IMG/VR virus record: IMGVR_UViG_3300017792_000001
Coordinates: 213,602 to 277,601 of that record
Strand: one strand, 5' to 3'
Source of the DNA: a virus
Taxonomy: Duplodnaviria; Heunggongvirae; Uroviricota; Caudoviricetes
Length of the DNA stretch: 64,000 nt
Part shown: positions 28,636-38,523 of the stretch, piece after piece
Numbering within the stretch: position 1 is the stretch's first letter
How the letters are laid out: each line of letters begins with the position of its first letter
Notes under the pieces: model-generated
The model's input: only the letters and a program-made list of their open reading frames with translations
Database searches by the model: none
What the model was told of the DNA's origin: nothing
Made by a program: the position numbers and the translations under genes

Positions 28636-29065
28636 GAAGACTCAAGTGGCAACCACCGATAGTCCGAAGCTGTACCCTCAGACTCCGGCGCTGCTGCAAT
28701 CCGCAGAGTTCGACGACATGCACTTCACCGACATGGTAGTGCTGGACGAACAAGTGCTCAAGGACAAGTGCTCGCTGCTCGCCACGACTGCGCATGCCGA
28801 ATACTTCATCGGTAGTACCTTCGCCGCAAGCAGTCTCGCACCCGGCCAGTTGATTGATCTGGAAATCAGCGTCGTCAAGGAAGCCAAGACACTCGCAGGT
28901 GAAGGCAAGCACCGTGTGAGCCTGTCGAGCGTAGGCACTCAATACGCCGTGCTGCAAAGTTACGTCACTGCTGGACTGTGCGCCCAGAAGTTCATGCAGA
29001 ACAAAATCACCTGGGCTGAATACAAACGCGCTCTCACAGAGCTGGTTGAAGGAGACATTGTATGA
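28628..29065 (+). CDS. Hypothetical protein
   Basis: 145-aa ORF overlapping neighbours. Confidence 0.7.
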   Translation: MTKKTQVATTDSPKLYPQTPALLQSAEFDDMHFTDMVVLDEQVLKDKCSLLATTAHAEYFIGSTFAASSLAPGQLIDLEISVVKEAKTLAGEGKHRVSLSSVGTQYAVLQSYVTAGLCAQKFMQNKITWAEYKRALTELVEGDIV

Positions 29066-29406
29066 CACCGATCACTCAATGGCATGACTACATCGACGAG
29101 GAGAAGTTGGCTTGGTTGAAGCACAACGTCCTCAAGCGTGAACTTGCGGTAGCAGACGACCACGTACCAGATCATTACGACCTGACGTTCGTGGCGAAGT
29201 GCGAGCAAGCCCTCACCCGCGACCAGCGCGACCAGTACATCAAGTACATGAACAGCGCCATTGCTCAAGTGACCTATGAAGGCCTGAGCGACGAGGAGCA
29301 ACAGTCGGAAGCGACTGCCGACAAGTTCTACTGGAACTACCTGACAGCCGCCCACGACCTCCGCGCACAGTGCATCTGGAACGTGGTAATGGACTACGCG
29401 CCTTAA
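29062..29406 (+). CDS. Hypothetical protein
   Basis: AAGGAG RBS, ATGA overlap. Confidence 0.75.
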   Translation: MTPITQWHDYIDEEKLAWLKHNVLKRELAVADDHVPDHYDLTFVAKCEQALTRDQRDQYIKYMNSAIAQVTYEGLSDEEQQSEATADKFYWNYLTAAHDLRAQCIWNVVMDYAP

Positions 29407-29459
29407 TACGGCGGTCTGCCAAGTAATTTCTCCTCATTGGCCCGGTAGGAGAAAGAGCT

Positions 29460-30095
29460 ATGCAGGTTAGAGTGATCCAAGAACCTATAAGTCCGGCCGA
29501 CCTATACCAACCATGTGACATTCTGGTACTGCCAGTATTCATTCGCTCGGATATGTATGAGTCCGTAGCCTTTGACTGTCAGTACCGTCGTCAGGTGGTT
29601 TTTGATTATCTCAAGTCACGCAATGTGACGTTTATAGGCTTGCCGGACAACGTTGCTGTCCTGTTTCTCAGTGTGAGTGGCAAGCACCGAAAGAAGCAGA
29701 TCCTTAAACACACCTTGAAGTTGTACCGTGCTGCTGTACGGGATGACTACGAGGACTTTGATGTAAGCCTCAAAGGACTGCGGAATATTTACGTGACGTC
29801 CGCATCCGATGAACCACCGTCTGAATATCTGCTGATGCCCAAGTCTCAGCACGCACTGATCATTCATTCTGGTGACCCGCAACTTGATCGCGCATTCCGT
29901 GCAATGATCAGGGCGGGAGAATTCGAGAAGTATACGGCAGAGACGCTTGCCCATCCAACGGTACGCTCCGCATTCTGCCGTACACTGCACAAGATCGGAC
30001 TTGAGAAAGGGTTCGATCTGGAAGTAATCAACTTAATCAGGCATCGCCGCAAAGTCTTCGTGACCTGCGACGTTATGGAACTGGAAGCCTCATGA
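29460..30095 (+). CDS. Hypothetical protein
   Basis: AGGAG RBS; TAATTTC at 29424. Confidence 0.7.
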   Translation: MQVRVIQEPISPADLYQPCDILVLPVFIRSDMYESVAFDCQYRRQVVFDYLKSRNVTFIGLPDNVAVLFLSVSGKHRKKQILKHTLKLYRAAVRDDYEDFDVSLKGLRNIYVTSASDEPPSEYLLMPKSQHALIIHSGDPQLDRAFRAMIRAGEFEKYTAETLAHPTVRSAFCRTLHKIGLEKGFDLEVINLIRHRRKVFVTCDVMELEAS

Positions 30096-30304
30096 GCGCA
30101 GAAACCGCACACGTCATTGCAGAGAAGACACGCTATACAGCCAATCTCGTTGCGCAAGGTCAGTTCAGTCTGGCTACTGCGCAATTGGTTGAGTTGGCTC
30201 GCGCCGATGACGCCCTCTACCAAGCAGTTCTCAAGAACCTCGAAGACTACGTGTTCAAAGGCGACCTTGACGACCTGATTGCTACAGTCGATATGGTGAA
30301 GTAA
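30092..30304 (+). CDS. Small hypothetical protein
   Basis: Fills the gap exactly; ATGA overlap. Confidence 0.65.
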   Translation: MSAETAHVIAEKTRYTANLVAQGQFSLATAQLVELARADDALYQAVLKNLEDYVFKGDLDDLIATVDMVK

Positions 30305-31114
30305 ATGGCAGGCGGCCCAATCAACATTACCCGGTTCATGTCCTCTCAGGGCTTGGACCAAAAGATGACCTACGAGGCTCACGTTGTCAACAATAATGAC
30401 CCGCGAAAACTGGGACGCATTCAAGCGCGCATTGATGGTATTTTTGATGGCATCCCTGATGATCATCTGCCTTGGTGTGTCCCTATGTATCATCACGCTG
30501 ACGGTGCTTATAACCCAGGCGGTGATGCCCTTGATCGAGCTGGCTCGTTCATGGTACCGAAGAACAAGCATAAAGTCGGCCTTCGTTTCCCGACTGGAGA
30601 CCCTCATCGTTGCGTGTGGGGACCTTACACGGTCGATGATCAAGTAGCGCTACCAGAGAAGAACAAGAACTATCCCGATCGGGCCGTGTTCAAGTTCAGC
30701 AACGGCACGTACTGCATCCTCGATACCAAGACCAACGAAATCTTCTTCAACAACCCCGGCGACATGGACATCACGATCCTCGGGGACGTGAACCAGTACA
30801 TCGTTGGCAACCAGCAATTGGTAGTGAGTGACCGCAAAGGTCTGATCCCTTCCTATCTACTGAATGCACCGGACACTGTGCTCGGTCGTCTCAGTCCCAA
30901 GCCTGCGAAAGAGATTCCGTTTCTGGGACTTCTTGGGCCTGCTGTTCGAGGCAATCGACACATCCACGTTACTGGCGACCAAACGATGCAGGTCGACGGC
31001 AACCGCAAGACCGTGATCGCAGGGCAAGACCTGTTGATCGTGGGTAAGAATCGCATCGAGAAGATCAAGCAAATTCACCGGATTGAATGCGCTCGTTCTG
31101 AAACCAACGGTTGA
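30305..31114 (+). CDS. Baseplate central spike (gp5/gpV-like OB fold plus beta-helix)
   Basis: VVNNNDPRKLGRIQARI..LPW; VxGD/VxGN beta-helix repeats. Confidence 0.85.
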   Translation: MAGGPINITRFMSSQGLDQKMTYEAHVVNNNDPRKLGRIQARIDGIFDGIPDDHLPWCVPMYHHADGAYNPGGDALDRAGSFMVPKNKHKVGLRFPTGDPHRCVWGPYTVDDQVALPEKNKNYPDRAVFKFSNGTYCILDTKTNEIFFNNPGDMDITILGDVNQYIVGNQQLVVSDRKGLIPSYLLNAPDTVLGRLSPKPAKEIPFLGLLGPAVRGNRHIHVTGDQTMQVDGNRKTVIAGQDLLIVGKNRIEKIKQIHRIECARSETNG

Positions 31115-31123
31115 GGAAATAAC

Positions 31124-31495
31124 ATGGAAGCCAAAGACGTACCTGGTGCTCGTAAGTACCATGCCATCCTGTTTAAACAGGGTGAACCAATTGAAGTGCA
31201 TCACATGACGATGGAGCCGACGGTCGAACAAAGCCGTACCCGTGCTGTGTCGTCGATGAACTGGTTCAATGACCGTGAAGCCAAGCTGCTGTACGAAAAA
31301 GGTGTGCAGCCGTTTCACACGAACATCAAGATGCAGCAGGACTGGGACTTCCATGTGAAGTTTGAGCGCCGTGCATTTGAACCAGATCCAGCACCTGTCG
31401 ATTCATTGCCGCAGTTCACGCACGCCTCGATCTGGGATTTCTACAAGGCCATCGGTTACGACTACAAGGCCAAACGCTATGTGAGGTCGGAATGA
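31124..31495 (+). CDS. Paralogue 1 of IWDxYxAIGY family
   Basis: C-terminal HASIWDFYKAIGYDYKAKRYV. Confidence 0.8.
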   Translation: MEAKDVPGARKYHAILFKQGEPIEVHHMTMEPTVEQSRTRAVSSMNWFNDREAKLLYEKGVQPFHTNIKMQQDWDFHVKFERRAFEPDPAPVDSLPQFTHASIWDFYKAIGYDYKAKRYVRSE

Positions 31496-31854
31496 ACGAT
31501 AATCCACTTCACTACGTTATGTTCTGGAAAGACTCCGACAAGATCGCGGTGCACAAGTTTACGCTTGAGCCCAAGCCGGAAGACAACAGGTACCGAGCGC
31601 AACGCAGCTACAACGCCACGCGTGACCGTGAAATGCAGAAGCTGCGCGACGGTAAAGAGTTTCGGTTCCGCATGCACTTGGTAGAAGCACATCAGTTTGC
31701 AACGGGCCAACGTTTCGAGGAGATTCTCGGCGCTCAAGACGCTGAGTTCGTACCTACCAGTTCGTTGCCTGTCTTTGAACATGCCTCTATCTGGGATATG
31801 TACAAGGCAGTTGGCTACGACTACAAGAAGAAACGTTACGTGAGGACAGACTGA
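31492..31854 (+). CDS. Paralogue 2 of IWDxYxAIGY family
   Basis: C-terminal HASIWDMYKAVGYDYKKKRYV. Confidence 0.8.
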   Translation: MNDNPLHYVMFWKDSDKIAVHKFTLEPKPEDNRYRAQRSYNATRDREMQKLRDGKEFRFRMHLVEAHQFATGQRFEEILGAQDAEFVPTSSLPVFEHASIWDMYKAVGYDYKKKRYVRTD

Positions 31855-33122
31855 TGGCTAGCAAACACCTGTGGATCGCCGAGCTGCAAGACCGTGACGG
31901 CAAGGCAGTCGAGTATCACAGCCTCGAACTCGAACCAGAGCACTACGAAAAGAAGGGTGACTGGAACCGTGCAATGACAAGCTGGTCGAACTTCCGCCAG
32001 CGCGAACGCGGTAACCTGAAGTGCAATCGCCCTCGTAACAGTCGCTGCAAGTGGGCAGTTAGCTGGCGGCCAGCAGACGATGCAGCGTACCAGTTGTTCG
32101 GTCTGCCTGAGGGTATCAAGCACCACAAAACCATCTGGGACTTGTACGAGGCCATTGGCTACAACTACAAGGCCAAGAAGTACGAACGCGCCGTGACTGT
32201 CTATGCCATCGACCCAGGCAGCGAAGGCAGCGCGGTAGAAACCACATTCGAGGACGGGAAGCTTGTACAGATCCGTACTCTAGAGCCAGAGGATAACAAA
32301 ATGCCGGAACCAAGACGTATGCGCGGTGATGCCCCAGGTTTGGTGCACATTGACGAAGCAGGTTTCTTGAGTAACGATGGTCGTCCCGTCTACTCAGTTA
32401 CTGGCGGCGGTGAAGAATCCCGCTTTGTTGTTCGCAATATGGCCACCGGCGAGTTTGTTGCTTTTGACGAAGCTCCACCACCCGGCCCATTGACTGTCCC
32501 TATTCCTGAAAAGATCGGCGTGATCGCAACCAGCTCTACTGCTGAGACTGTCACCGTCACCGAGCGCGCTGCTATGGGTGCTGGTATGGTTGCAGAACCC
32601 GCATCGCTGGAAGAAGCGAACCGTCTGCGTGCCAAGGTAGGGCTTGACCCATTGTTCGCTCAACCGATCCCTGAAGTCAGCGACCCTGGGTTTGCCCAAG
32701 AGACTCCGCAGATCAACGATCCCGGCTTCGCAGTCGCTCCAGAGATTGCTGCGTTCGCTGCCGAGGGTAATGCACCCGAAGGTTTCGAAATCACCGCACC
32801 TAACCCTGGGGCATGGCAAGAACCAGTAGTCAACCCGTTCAACGGTCTGAACGTCACTGCTGCACAAGCCCAGGCAATCGCTGCCAAGGTAAACGCAGAA
32901 CCTGACGTAGAAGCCAAGAAGCGTATTCTGCAAGCCGAGTTGCGGTTCCATGCTGCTGATCAAGTACGCAATGCCGTCGTAATGCCCGGCGACAAGCGCA
33001 ATGATCCACGTGTGATCGCGCACAAGAAAGGGGTGGTGAAAGCCCACCAGAAACTCAAACGTCAACAGGCTAAAGCAGAGAAGATGAAGGCTCTGCAAGT
33101 GAAGGCATTCAGTGGCAAGTGA
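31854..33122 (+). CDS. Paralogue 3 of IWDxYxAIGY family with long C-terminal extension
   Basis: HKTIWDLYEAIGYNYKAKKYE then about 310 aa A/P/E-rich. Confidence 0.75.
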   Translation: MASKHLWIAELQDRDGKAVEYHSLELEPEHYEKKGDWNRAMTSWSNFRQRERGNLKCNRPRNSRCKWAVSWRPADDAAYQLFGLPEGIKHHKTIWDLYEAIGYNYKAKKYERAVTVYAIDPGSEGSAVETTFEDGKLVQIRTLEPEDNKMPEPRRMRGDAPGLVHIDEAGFLSNDGRPVYSVTGGGEESRFVVRNMATGEFVAFDEAPPPGPLTVPIPEKIGVIATSSTAETVTVTERAAMGAGMVAEPASLEEANRLRAKVGLDPLFAQPIPEVSDPGFAQETPQINDPGFAVAPEIAAFAAEGNAPEGFEITAPNPGAWQEPVVNPFNGLNVTAAQAQAIAAKVNAEPDVEAKKRILQAELRFHAADQVRNAVVMPGDKRNDPRVIAHKKGVVKAHQKLKRQQAKAEKMKALQVKAFSGK

Positions 33123-33296
33123 ACCGTCGACCCGTAGCTTCCTGTCCGGTGATCTTCTCTGGGGCGTGAAGCAGTCTGATCCCACTGGTGTTGTCCCTGT
33201 CCGCAATCGTCATCTGGTTGTACAGACCCGTGACTTCACCACCAAACACCGCTCTCGTTTCCTATCCGAGAACGCCAGCACTTATTTGAGGTAGCC

Positions 33297-33662
33297 ATGC
33301 GTATTGTATACCGCGACATCGCTCAAGAGTTTGCTGTGCTGATGCAAGAGGCGATGCAGAATCGCGACAAGGTATCCAGTATTCAGGTTACCCGTGCCGA
33401 GTTGTCTGCGCTGCTCAACCATCTGGACGGCAAGCGGTTCTTCTCCGATTACTGGGGCCCGCGTGAAGTACGACTGCGCCAGCTTTCCACCGAGCATCAC
33501 GCATTGACCCAGAAACTGGAGCATGTGACGACTCAGGTAGAGCGCCAGGAAATCTTCGATGCCAAGTCTGCTATCGAACGCGAACAGGCGAAGATCACCG
33601 AAGAAGTGCCGGATCAGATCACGCAGAACGGCATCCTCATCAAAGTCGTCATGAAGGCCTGA
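33297..33662 (+). CDS. Hypothetical protein
   Basis: GAGG RBS. Confidence 0.75.
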   Translation: MRIVYRDIAQEFAVLMQEAMQNRDKVSSIQVTRAELSALLNHLDGKRFFSDYWGPREVRLRQLSTEHHALTQKLEHVTTQVERQEIFDAKSAIEREQAKITEEVPDQITQNGILIKVVMKA

Positions 33663-33664
33663 TC

Positions 33665-34009
33665 ATGGAACCGAAATCGTACAACTATCTACCCATCGGC
33701 CGTGGCGACCAGTTCGTTAAGAACGGTGAGTTTGTGGTTACTGGGCACGATGCTTTGCTCAAGGCTGCAGCCGAGTTCCTTGCGAGTCACAATGCCAAGC
33801 CGCAGGAAGTTGACATCGGCTTCATGGGCATTAAAGGCCCGCTGCTGCTCGACACGAAAGACGAGGAGGTTGACCATCAGCGTTGCGGTTATCCTCGCGT
33901 CGTCAAGTTCGCACTGGTGGAGAAACCCGAAGGCGCCATTGCCAAGCTGATCTACAGCTTCGATCACTTCGACCTGTCAACCATGCAAGGTTACCTGAAT
34001 CGTCCGTAA
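33665..34009 (+). CDS. Hypothetical protein
   Basis: 114-aa ORF ending at terminator. Confidence 0.75.
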   Translation: MEPKSYNYLPIGRGDQFVKNGEFVVTGHDALLKAAAEFLASHNAKPQEVDIGFMGIKGPLLLDTKDEEVDHQRCGYPRVVKFALVEKPEGAIAKLIYSFDHFDLSTMQGYLNRP

Positions 34010-34015
34010 CAAACC

Positions 34016-34050
34016 AAAGACCCTGCCTAACCGCGGGGTCTTTTCGTTTT
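34016..34050 (+). terminator. Rho-independent terminator
   Basis: AAAGACCC ... GGGTCTTTTCGTTTT. Confidence 0.8.
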
Positions 34051-34058
34051 CCGCGTCG

Positions 34059-34065
34059 TAATTTA
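34059..34065 (+). promoter_or_regulatory. Putative late promoter TAATTTA
   Basis: Between terminator and structural gene. Confidence 0.6.
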
Positions 34066-34103
34066 GTGCTGGTAGTACGTTCACTACAGATAGGAGCACA
34101 AAC

Positions 34104-35729
34104 GTGGAATTTCACAATCCCAAAGTCATTGGTGACTTGACGCTTACCCAAGCGCCAACGTTGCCAGACCATGGTGTTCGTCTACAGGATCTGGATGCTC
34201 GCGTCCAGCCACTGAAAGCGTTCGCCACGGATATTGTTGGTACCGGCGGTACTGGCATCGTCGCACAGAAGGTCTACGCCCCTACCGTTCCAGCAAACAA
34301 GATTTTGCTGAGCGCTGTGGCAGATACCGAGAACGTCACCGTTCAAGTGCTCGGGCAAGGCGGCTTGTTCACTGCGCCTGTAGTGAAAGTTAACGGAATC
34401 ACCGTTGCAAACTGGGCACCGTCTGGCGACAGCAACCTGTTCGCTGGTTCGGTCGATCTGGTTCTCGCAACTTCCGGTGACATCACCATCGAGACAGAAG
34501 GCGGCACTACCTCCAAGGTCACCCTGACTCTTGCTACCGAAGGTCCAGTTGTTCAAACTGTTACCATCGGCGCATTGCCTGGTGCTCAGACCGAAGCGAA
34601 GCAGAACGACGTGGTTTCGATCACTGGTGCTGTCGCGAACGATGCAGTCTCCATGGCCGTTTCTGATCTTGGTGCTGCCAAGTCTGGTACGATCACAACG
34701 TTCGGCGCCAACAACAGCGCTGGTCAAGGCTTCAAAACCTTCACTGGTACTTTCGTTGCTGCGAATCGCACTGGTCTGCAAAACGTTACGGTCGTTGCGA
34801 AGAACGCTCTGGGCACTGACGGTACTCCAGTTGCTTCTGGCAATCAGATCACCCTCAACCAGACCGTGCCTACAATCGGCGCTGTGTCGGTCAACTACCC
34901 GAACGGTCAGTCTGGCCTCAAGAACGGCGACGTTGCAGCAGTCAGCTCCACGATCACCAATGCTGATAGCGTTACCTACGCTTTCAACGCTGCTGGTCAG
35001 ACCGTTGCTATCGAAGACCCGAACGTGTACGCGGTCAGCAAGAACGTCACGCTCACCGACGGCACGTACAACGTGGCGAACAACTACACCATCACGGCTG
35101 TTAAAGCGTCGAACGGTGCGCAAGCCACTCGCCAAGCCTCCATCAAGATCGCAAACACCGCAGCTACTGCCACTATCACAGTGCAAGGCAACCCGGCTCG
35201 TCTGCGTACCGATGCGAACGGCGAAACGTACACCCTGGTTGTTACTCCGAACCAAGTGCTCAACGGCAACCCGAACCTCGATCTGGGCGACGGTGCAACG
35301 TGGGTCGGCAACTGGGCCAACAACGCGAACGTCTTCACTCGTACCTTCTCGGTCAGTGATGCAACTCCACGTGGCGCACTCGCGATCACTGGTACCATCA
35401 ACAACCTGGCAAACATCGGCAGCCCTGCTACTGGCAGCGTAACCGTTGGCGGCTTGCTCGAACGCACCATCACGTTCGCAGCGTTCAGCCGTACCGCACC
35501 TCTGGGTGTCAAGGTTGCTGACATCAGCAAAGCGCGTGCTCGTTACGCCGGTGCTTCCAGCGATCTGGCGCGTCGTGCTGATACCACTGACGTTGCTGCA
35601 TCGTTCACCATCGTCAACCAAGCTGGCGTGTATGACCCGAATGGCGATTACCTGTTCATCTCGGATGCTGCGTATGCTGGTGCGAACACCTCCGGCACAC
35701 TGCAACTGACCTTCGAGGAGACCCTGTAA
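34104..35729 (+). CDS. Virion structural protein with Ig-like beta repeats (fibre/decoration)
   Basis: T/V/A/N/G-rich beta-strand sequence; AGGAG RBS, GTG start. Confidence 0.7.
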   Translation: MEFHNPKVIGDLTLTQAPTLPDHGVRLQDLDARVQPLKAFATDIVGTGGTGIVAQKVYAPTVPANKILLSAVADTENVTVQVLGQGGLFTAPVVKVNGITVANWAPSGDSNLFAGSVDLVLATSGDITIETEGGTTSKVTLTLATEGPVVQTVTIGALPGAQTEAKQNDVVSITGAVANDAVSMAVSDLGAAKSGTITTFGANNSAGQGFKTFTGTFVAANRTGLQNVTVVAKNALGTDGTPVASGNQITLNQTVPTIGAVSVNYPNGQSGLKNGDVAAVSSTITNADSVTYAFNAAGQTVAIEDPNVYAVSKNVTLTDGTYNVANNYTITAVKASNGAQATRQASIKIANTAATATITVQGNPARLRTDANGETYTLVVTPNQVLNGNPNLDLGDGATWVGNWANNANVFTRTFSVSDATPRGALAITGTINNLANIGSPATGSVTVGGLLERTITFAAFSRTAPLGVKVADISKARARYAGASSDLARRADTTDVAASFTIVNQAGVYDPNGDYLFISDAAYAGANTSGTLQLTFEETL

Positions 35730-36160
35730 TGGCTAACCCATTCGAAGACTTCATCCAGCGTGAAATGCCGCTGCGTCCGTTCATGCCCTCTGACATCGCT
35801 GTCGAGTCCGTGATCATTCGTCGTGGCGAAGGCCCGCGTCAACTGGCTGGTGTGCAACTCACCGAAGGCCAAGTGCTCGGTCTGAAAAACGGCTTGCTGC
35901 AAGGTGTAACTGCTGGTGCTGGCGGCTCTGCCGTTGATGCCGTTGCTTACGAGCAGGAAGAAGCAGCCACTACCTGGACTGTCACTCACAACCGCAATAA
36001 TGTAAACGTTGTTGTGAACGTGTATGACGCCGACGGTAACTGGTTCGCGCCTAACGGCCTGAAAGTAACTGCCAACACCGTGGTCGTCGATGTACTGGAA
36101 GCGCAAGCAGGTCGCGTCGTGTTGATTTTCATCCCGGCAACGCCTGAAGAACCCGCTTAA
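35729..36160 (+). CDS. Virion structural protein (fibre-associated)
   Basis: YEQEEAATTWTVTHN..VNVYDADG motif typical of phage fibre modules. Confidence 0.65.
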   Translation: MANPFEDFIQREMPLRPFMPSDIAVESVIIRRGEGPRQLAGVQLTEGQVLGLKNGLLQGVTAGAGGSAVDAVAYEQEEAATTWTVTHNRNNVNVVVNVYDADGNWFAPNGLKVTANTVVVDVLEAQAGRVVLIFIPATPEEPA

Positions 36161-36177
36161 CTCGATGGAGCTACAAG

Positions 36178-36615
36178 GTGTTTCCATTATCTCAACTCAA
36201 CTCTCTCGTCCAGGCGGTCGTGCTCACAGCAGACCTAAAGCCCATGGAAAAGATTGCTTTCCGCAACATGGCAGTCCTGCTATTCAAGGACGTGTCGATT
36301 GACGGCAAGTTACACGAAAAGCCATTGATCGTTGTGGACAAGCTCAACAATGATCCAGCCCTGATCATGATCGTGAAATTCACCAACGAGGCGCTGGATC
36401 AGTTCACCTACACATTTCAGTTTGAGTGCTGGCCTACGAACAAGCTCCAACAGGTTGATGCGCCATGGATGCCAGGCGACGTCAAGGTAGTACCGAAGCC
36501 GAAGATGAAACTCAGCTTCTTAGCCGAGCGGAATGCGGTGGTCTACTTCAACCAGGCCTTCGAGGGTAACTTCAAGGATACACTCAGACAAATGGCGCAG
36601 GTGCTTGGACGATGA
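36178..36615 (+). CDS. Hypothetical protein
   Basis: GGAG RBS, GTG start. Confidence 0.7.
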   Translation: MFPLSQLNSLVQAVVLTADLKPMEKIAFRNMAVLLFKDVSIDGKLHEKPLIVVDKLNNDPALIMIVKFTNEALDQFTYTFQFECWPTNKLQQVDAPWMPGDVKVVPKPKMKLSFLAERNAVVYFNQAFEGNFKDTLRQMAQVLGR

Positions 36616-37085
36616 TCGTCTTTCTGGACAAGGACGGTGTGTTCGAGCATTATCGGGCGCATTGTGCAGGCCTCAAGTACGATCCCATTGCTTCACGGGT
36701 ATTGTCTGGCTTTTTCAAGCGCCCTGATGTTCAGGTGGTTATCAGCGCGACGTTCAGGAAGATCCACACCCGAGAGTCTGCTCTTGAGCACCTCAAGGAA
36801 CGTGGCATCACCTGTACGCTGCATGAAGACTGGCGCACCGATACCAAGGTCTGTAGGAGTTCTGAGATTTATGACTGGCTGGAACGTCATGGCTTTCCGG
36901 ATGACTACCTGATGATCGACGATGAATCTCCGCTACCTCATTTGGATCCCGCGAAGTGGATTCAGGGACACCCATATGAGGGCTTGCTCACCGAATCGCT
37001 CAAGCGGCTCGACGCATTAGCTGGGATTGATTACGGGCATTCGATGAAATGGGAATCGCAGCGTAGAATCCGCGATAAGCAGTAA
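36612..37085 (+). CDS. HAD-superfamily phosphatase (Swiss-army-knife RNA-repair type)
   Basis: IVFLDKDGV, VVISATFR, YLMIDDE. Confidence 0.8.
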   Translation: MIVFLDKDGVFEHYRAHCAGLKYDPIASRVLSGFFKRPDVQVVISATFRKIHTRESALEHLKERGITCTLHEDWRTDTKVCRSSEIYDWLERHGFPDDYLMIDDESPLPHLDPAKWIQGHPYEGLLTESLKRLDALAGIDYGHSMKWESQRRIRDKQ

Positions 37086-37090
37086 CACCA

Positions 37091-37117
37091 AGGGTGGGCT
37101 TCGGCTCACCCTTTTTC
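37091..37117 (+). terminator. Rho-independent terminator (UUCG loop)
   Basis: AGGGTGGGC-TTCG-GCTCACCCT-TTTT. Confidence 0.85.
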
Positions 37118-37142
37118 AGGTCTCCAATCTATCCCTAGTGCA

Positions 37143-37149
37143 TAATTTA
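37143..37149 (+). promoter_or_regulatory. Putative late promoter TAATTTA
   Basis: Between terminator and SprT gene. Confidence 0.6.
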
Positions 37150-37173
37150 CTCGCATGTTAACGGAGACATGCT

Positions 37174-38520
37174 ATGGACCTTGCACTAGCGGCCACTTCT
37201 GATTTTGCCGGGTATACATACACCAGCAAGACCAAGATTCTGTTCGACGATCACCACGATGAATACGAAGTGGACTTTGTTGAAGGTGACAAGTTCAAGA
37301 TTCAGATCAACGGCGGTAACGTCATCCTTATCCATGCCGATGCACCAAAGGTGAAATTCATCTGCCCGGTCACGGATAAGAAGTACATCAAGCTCATGCG
37401 CGGCAGTACGCCCGCTGCTTTCGAGTTTATCCCAACACCGAAATTTCCGCACTACCCATTTATTCCGCGATTGACCTTCGAGTTGATCCCGCATATCTAC
37501 GAATACCTGAACAACACCTACTTCAACGGCATGTGCCCGAAGTCGATTCTGTTCAAGAAGTCCACGTCGAAAGAAGCACTCGGCGTTGCGATGTACGACA
37601 AGGTTCGTGGGCGTGAACTGTTCCGCATGAAAGTCAACATGAAGATGATCGGCAACGATATGATCCTCTTCATCGACACCTTGCTCCACGAAATGATTCA
37701 CCTGTACTTGTACCGCAAAGGACTTGATCAACACCGCAACGATATCCTGCAAGATGGCCATGGCGTGTACTTCCAGGCTGAAATGAATCGACTGAATAAG
37801 CTCGGGTTCAACATCAGCATCATCCTGCAATGGGAACAGCGGGATCAGGAGATTGCCAGTGAGTATTACGTGCTCGCGATCACTGACTCGAAACACCCGA
37901 AGAACGGCAAATACTTCTGGACCACGACCAACATTGAGCGTGACTTCCAGACGTTCGTTGCGCAGATCACCAAGTATGATCCAGCATCGCTGTTCACCAT
38001 CGAATTGTACGCCACCAAGAATCAGGCGCTCAAAGGGCAACCGATGATACAGACGAACGGGAAGATCCCTGAGTCGAAGCTGGGTCTCTGGTGGAAGAAA
38101 CAGGAAGTTGGCGGTCGCATGGTGCAGTCTTTCCAAGTGACACCTCAATCTGCGGTGGATAGCAACCAGTTCATCAAGGTGCCGAAGGCCGAGGAAGTCT
38201 ACTACGCCCAGCCGCTTGCTGTGTTCAGTAGCTGGTTGCGGAAGACCAAGATCAACTATGCCAATGACGATGCAGCGTACTCAATCTGGATTCGATTCCC
38301 AGTTGCGAAGATCATCCCGTTCGCTGAGGCCGAGTTGATTGAAATCCACAAAGCCCTTGCACGTGGACTTGCTGATCAGGATATCAAGCGCCGTCTTACT
38401 GCCGTGTTCGCTCGCTTCGACAACCGTGCCAATCAGGGCGAGTATCGTCGTGCGATTACCGCCATCATTGAGAAGCATAAGCTGGATGCTTTGCTTCAAT
38501 ACCCGCAATTGGGACTCTGA
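37174..38520 (+). CDS. SprT-like zinc metalloprotease
   Basis: YEYLNNTYFNG, TLLHEMIH, HGVYFQAEMNRLN. Confidence 0.85.
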   Translation: MDLALAATSDFAGYTYTSKTKILFDDHHDEYEVDFVEGDKFKIQINGGNVILIHADAPKVKFICPVTDKKYIKLMRGSTPAAFEFIPTPKFPHYPFIPRLTFELIPHIYEYLNNTYFNGMCPKSILFKKSTSKEALGVAMYDKVRGRELFRMKVNMKMIGNDMILFIDTLLHEMIHLYLYRKGLDQHRNDILQDGHGVYFQAEMNRLNKLGFNISIILQWEQRDQEIASEYYVLAITDSKHPKNGKYFWTTTNIERDFQTFVAQITKYDPASLFTIELYATKNQALKGQPMIQTNGKIPESKLGLWWKKQEVGGRMVQSFQVTPQSAVDSNQFIKVPKAEEVYYAQPLAVFSSWLRKTKINYANDDAAYSIWIRFPVAKIIPFAEAELIEIHKALARGLADQDIKRRLTAVFARFDNRANQGEYRRAITAIIEKHKLDALLQYPQLGL

Positions 38521-38523
38521 CCT

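Noticed and set aside
33112-33294. 60-aa ORF filling the gap after 33122
   Set aside because: May be real, but the start and RBS are unclear and there is no motif; not listed as a feature.
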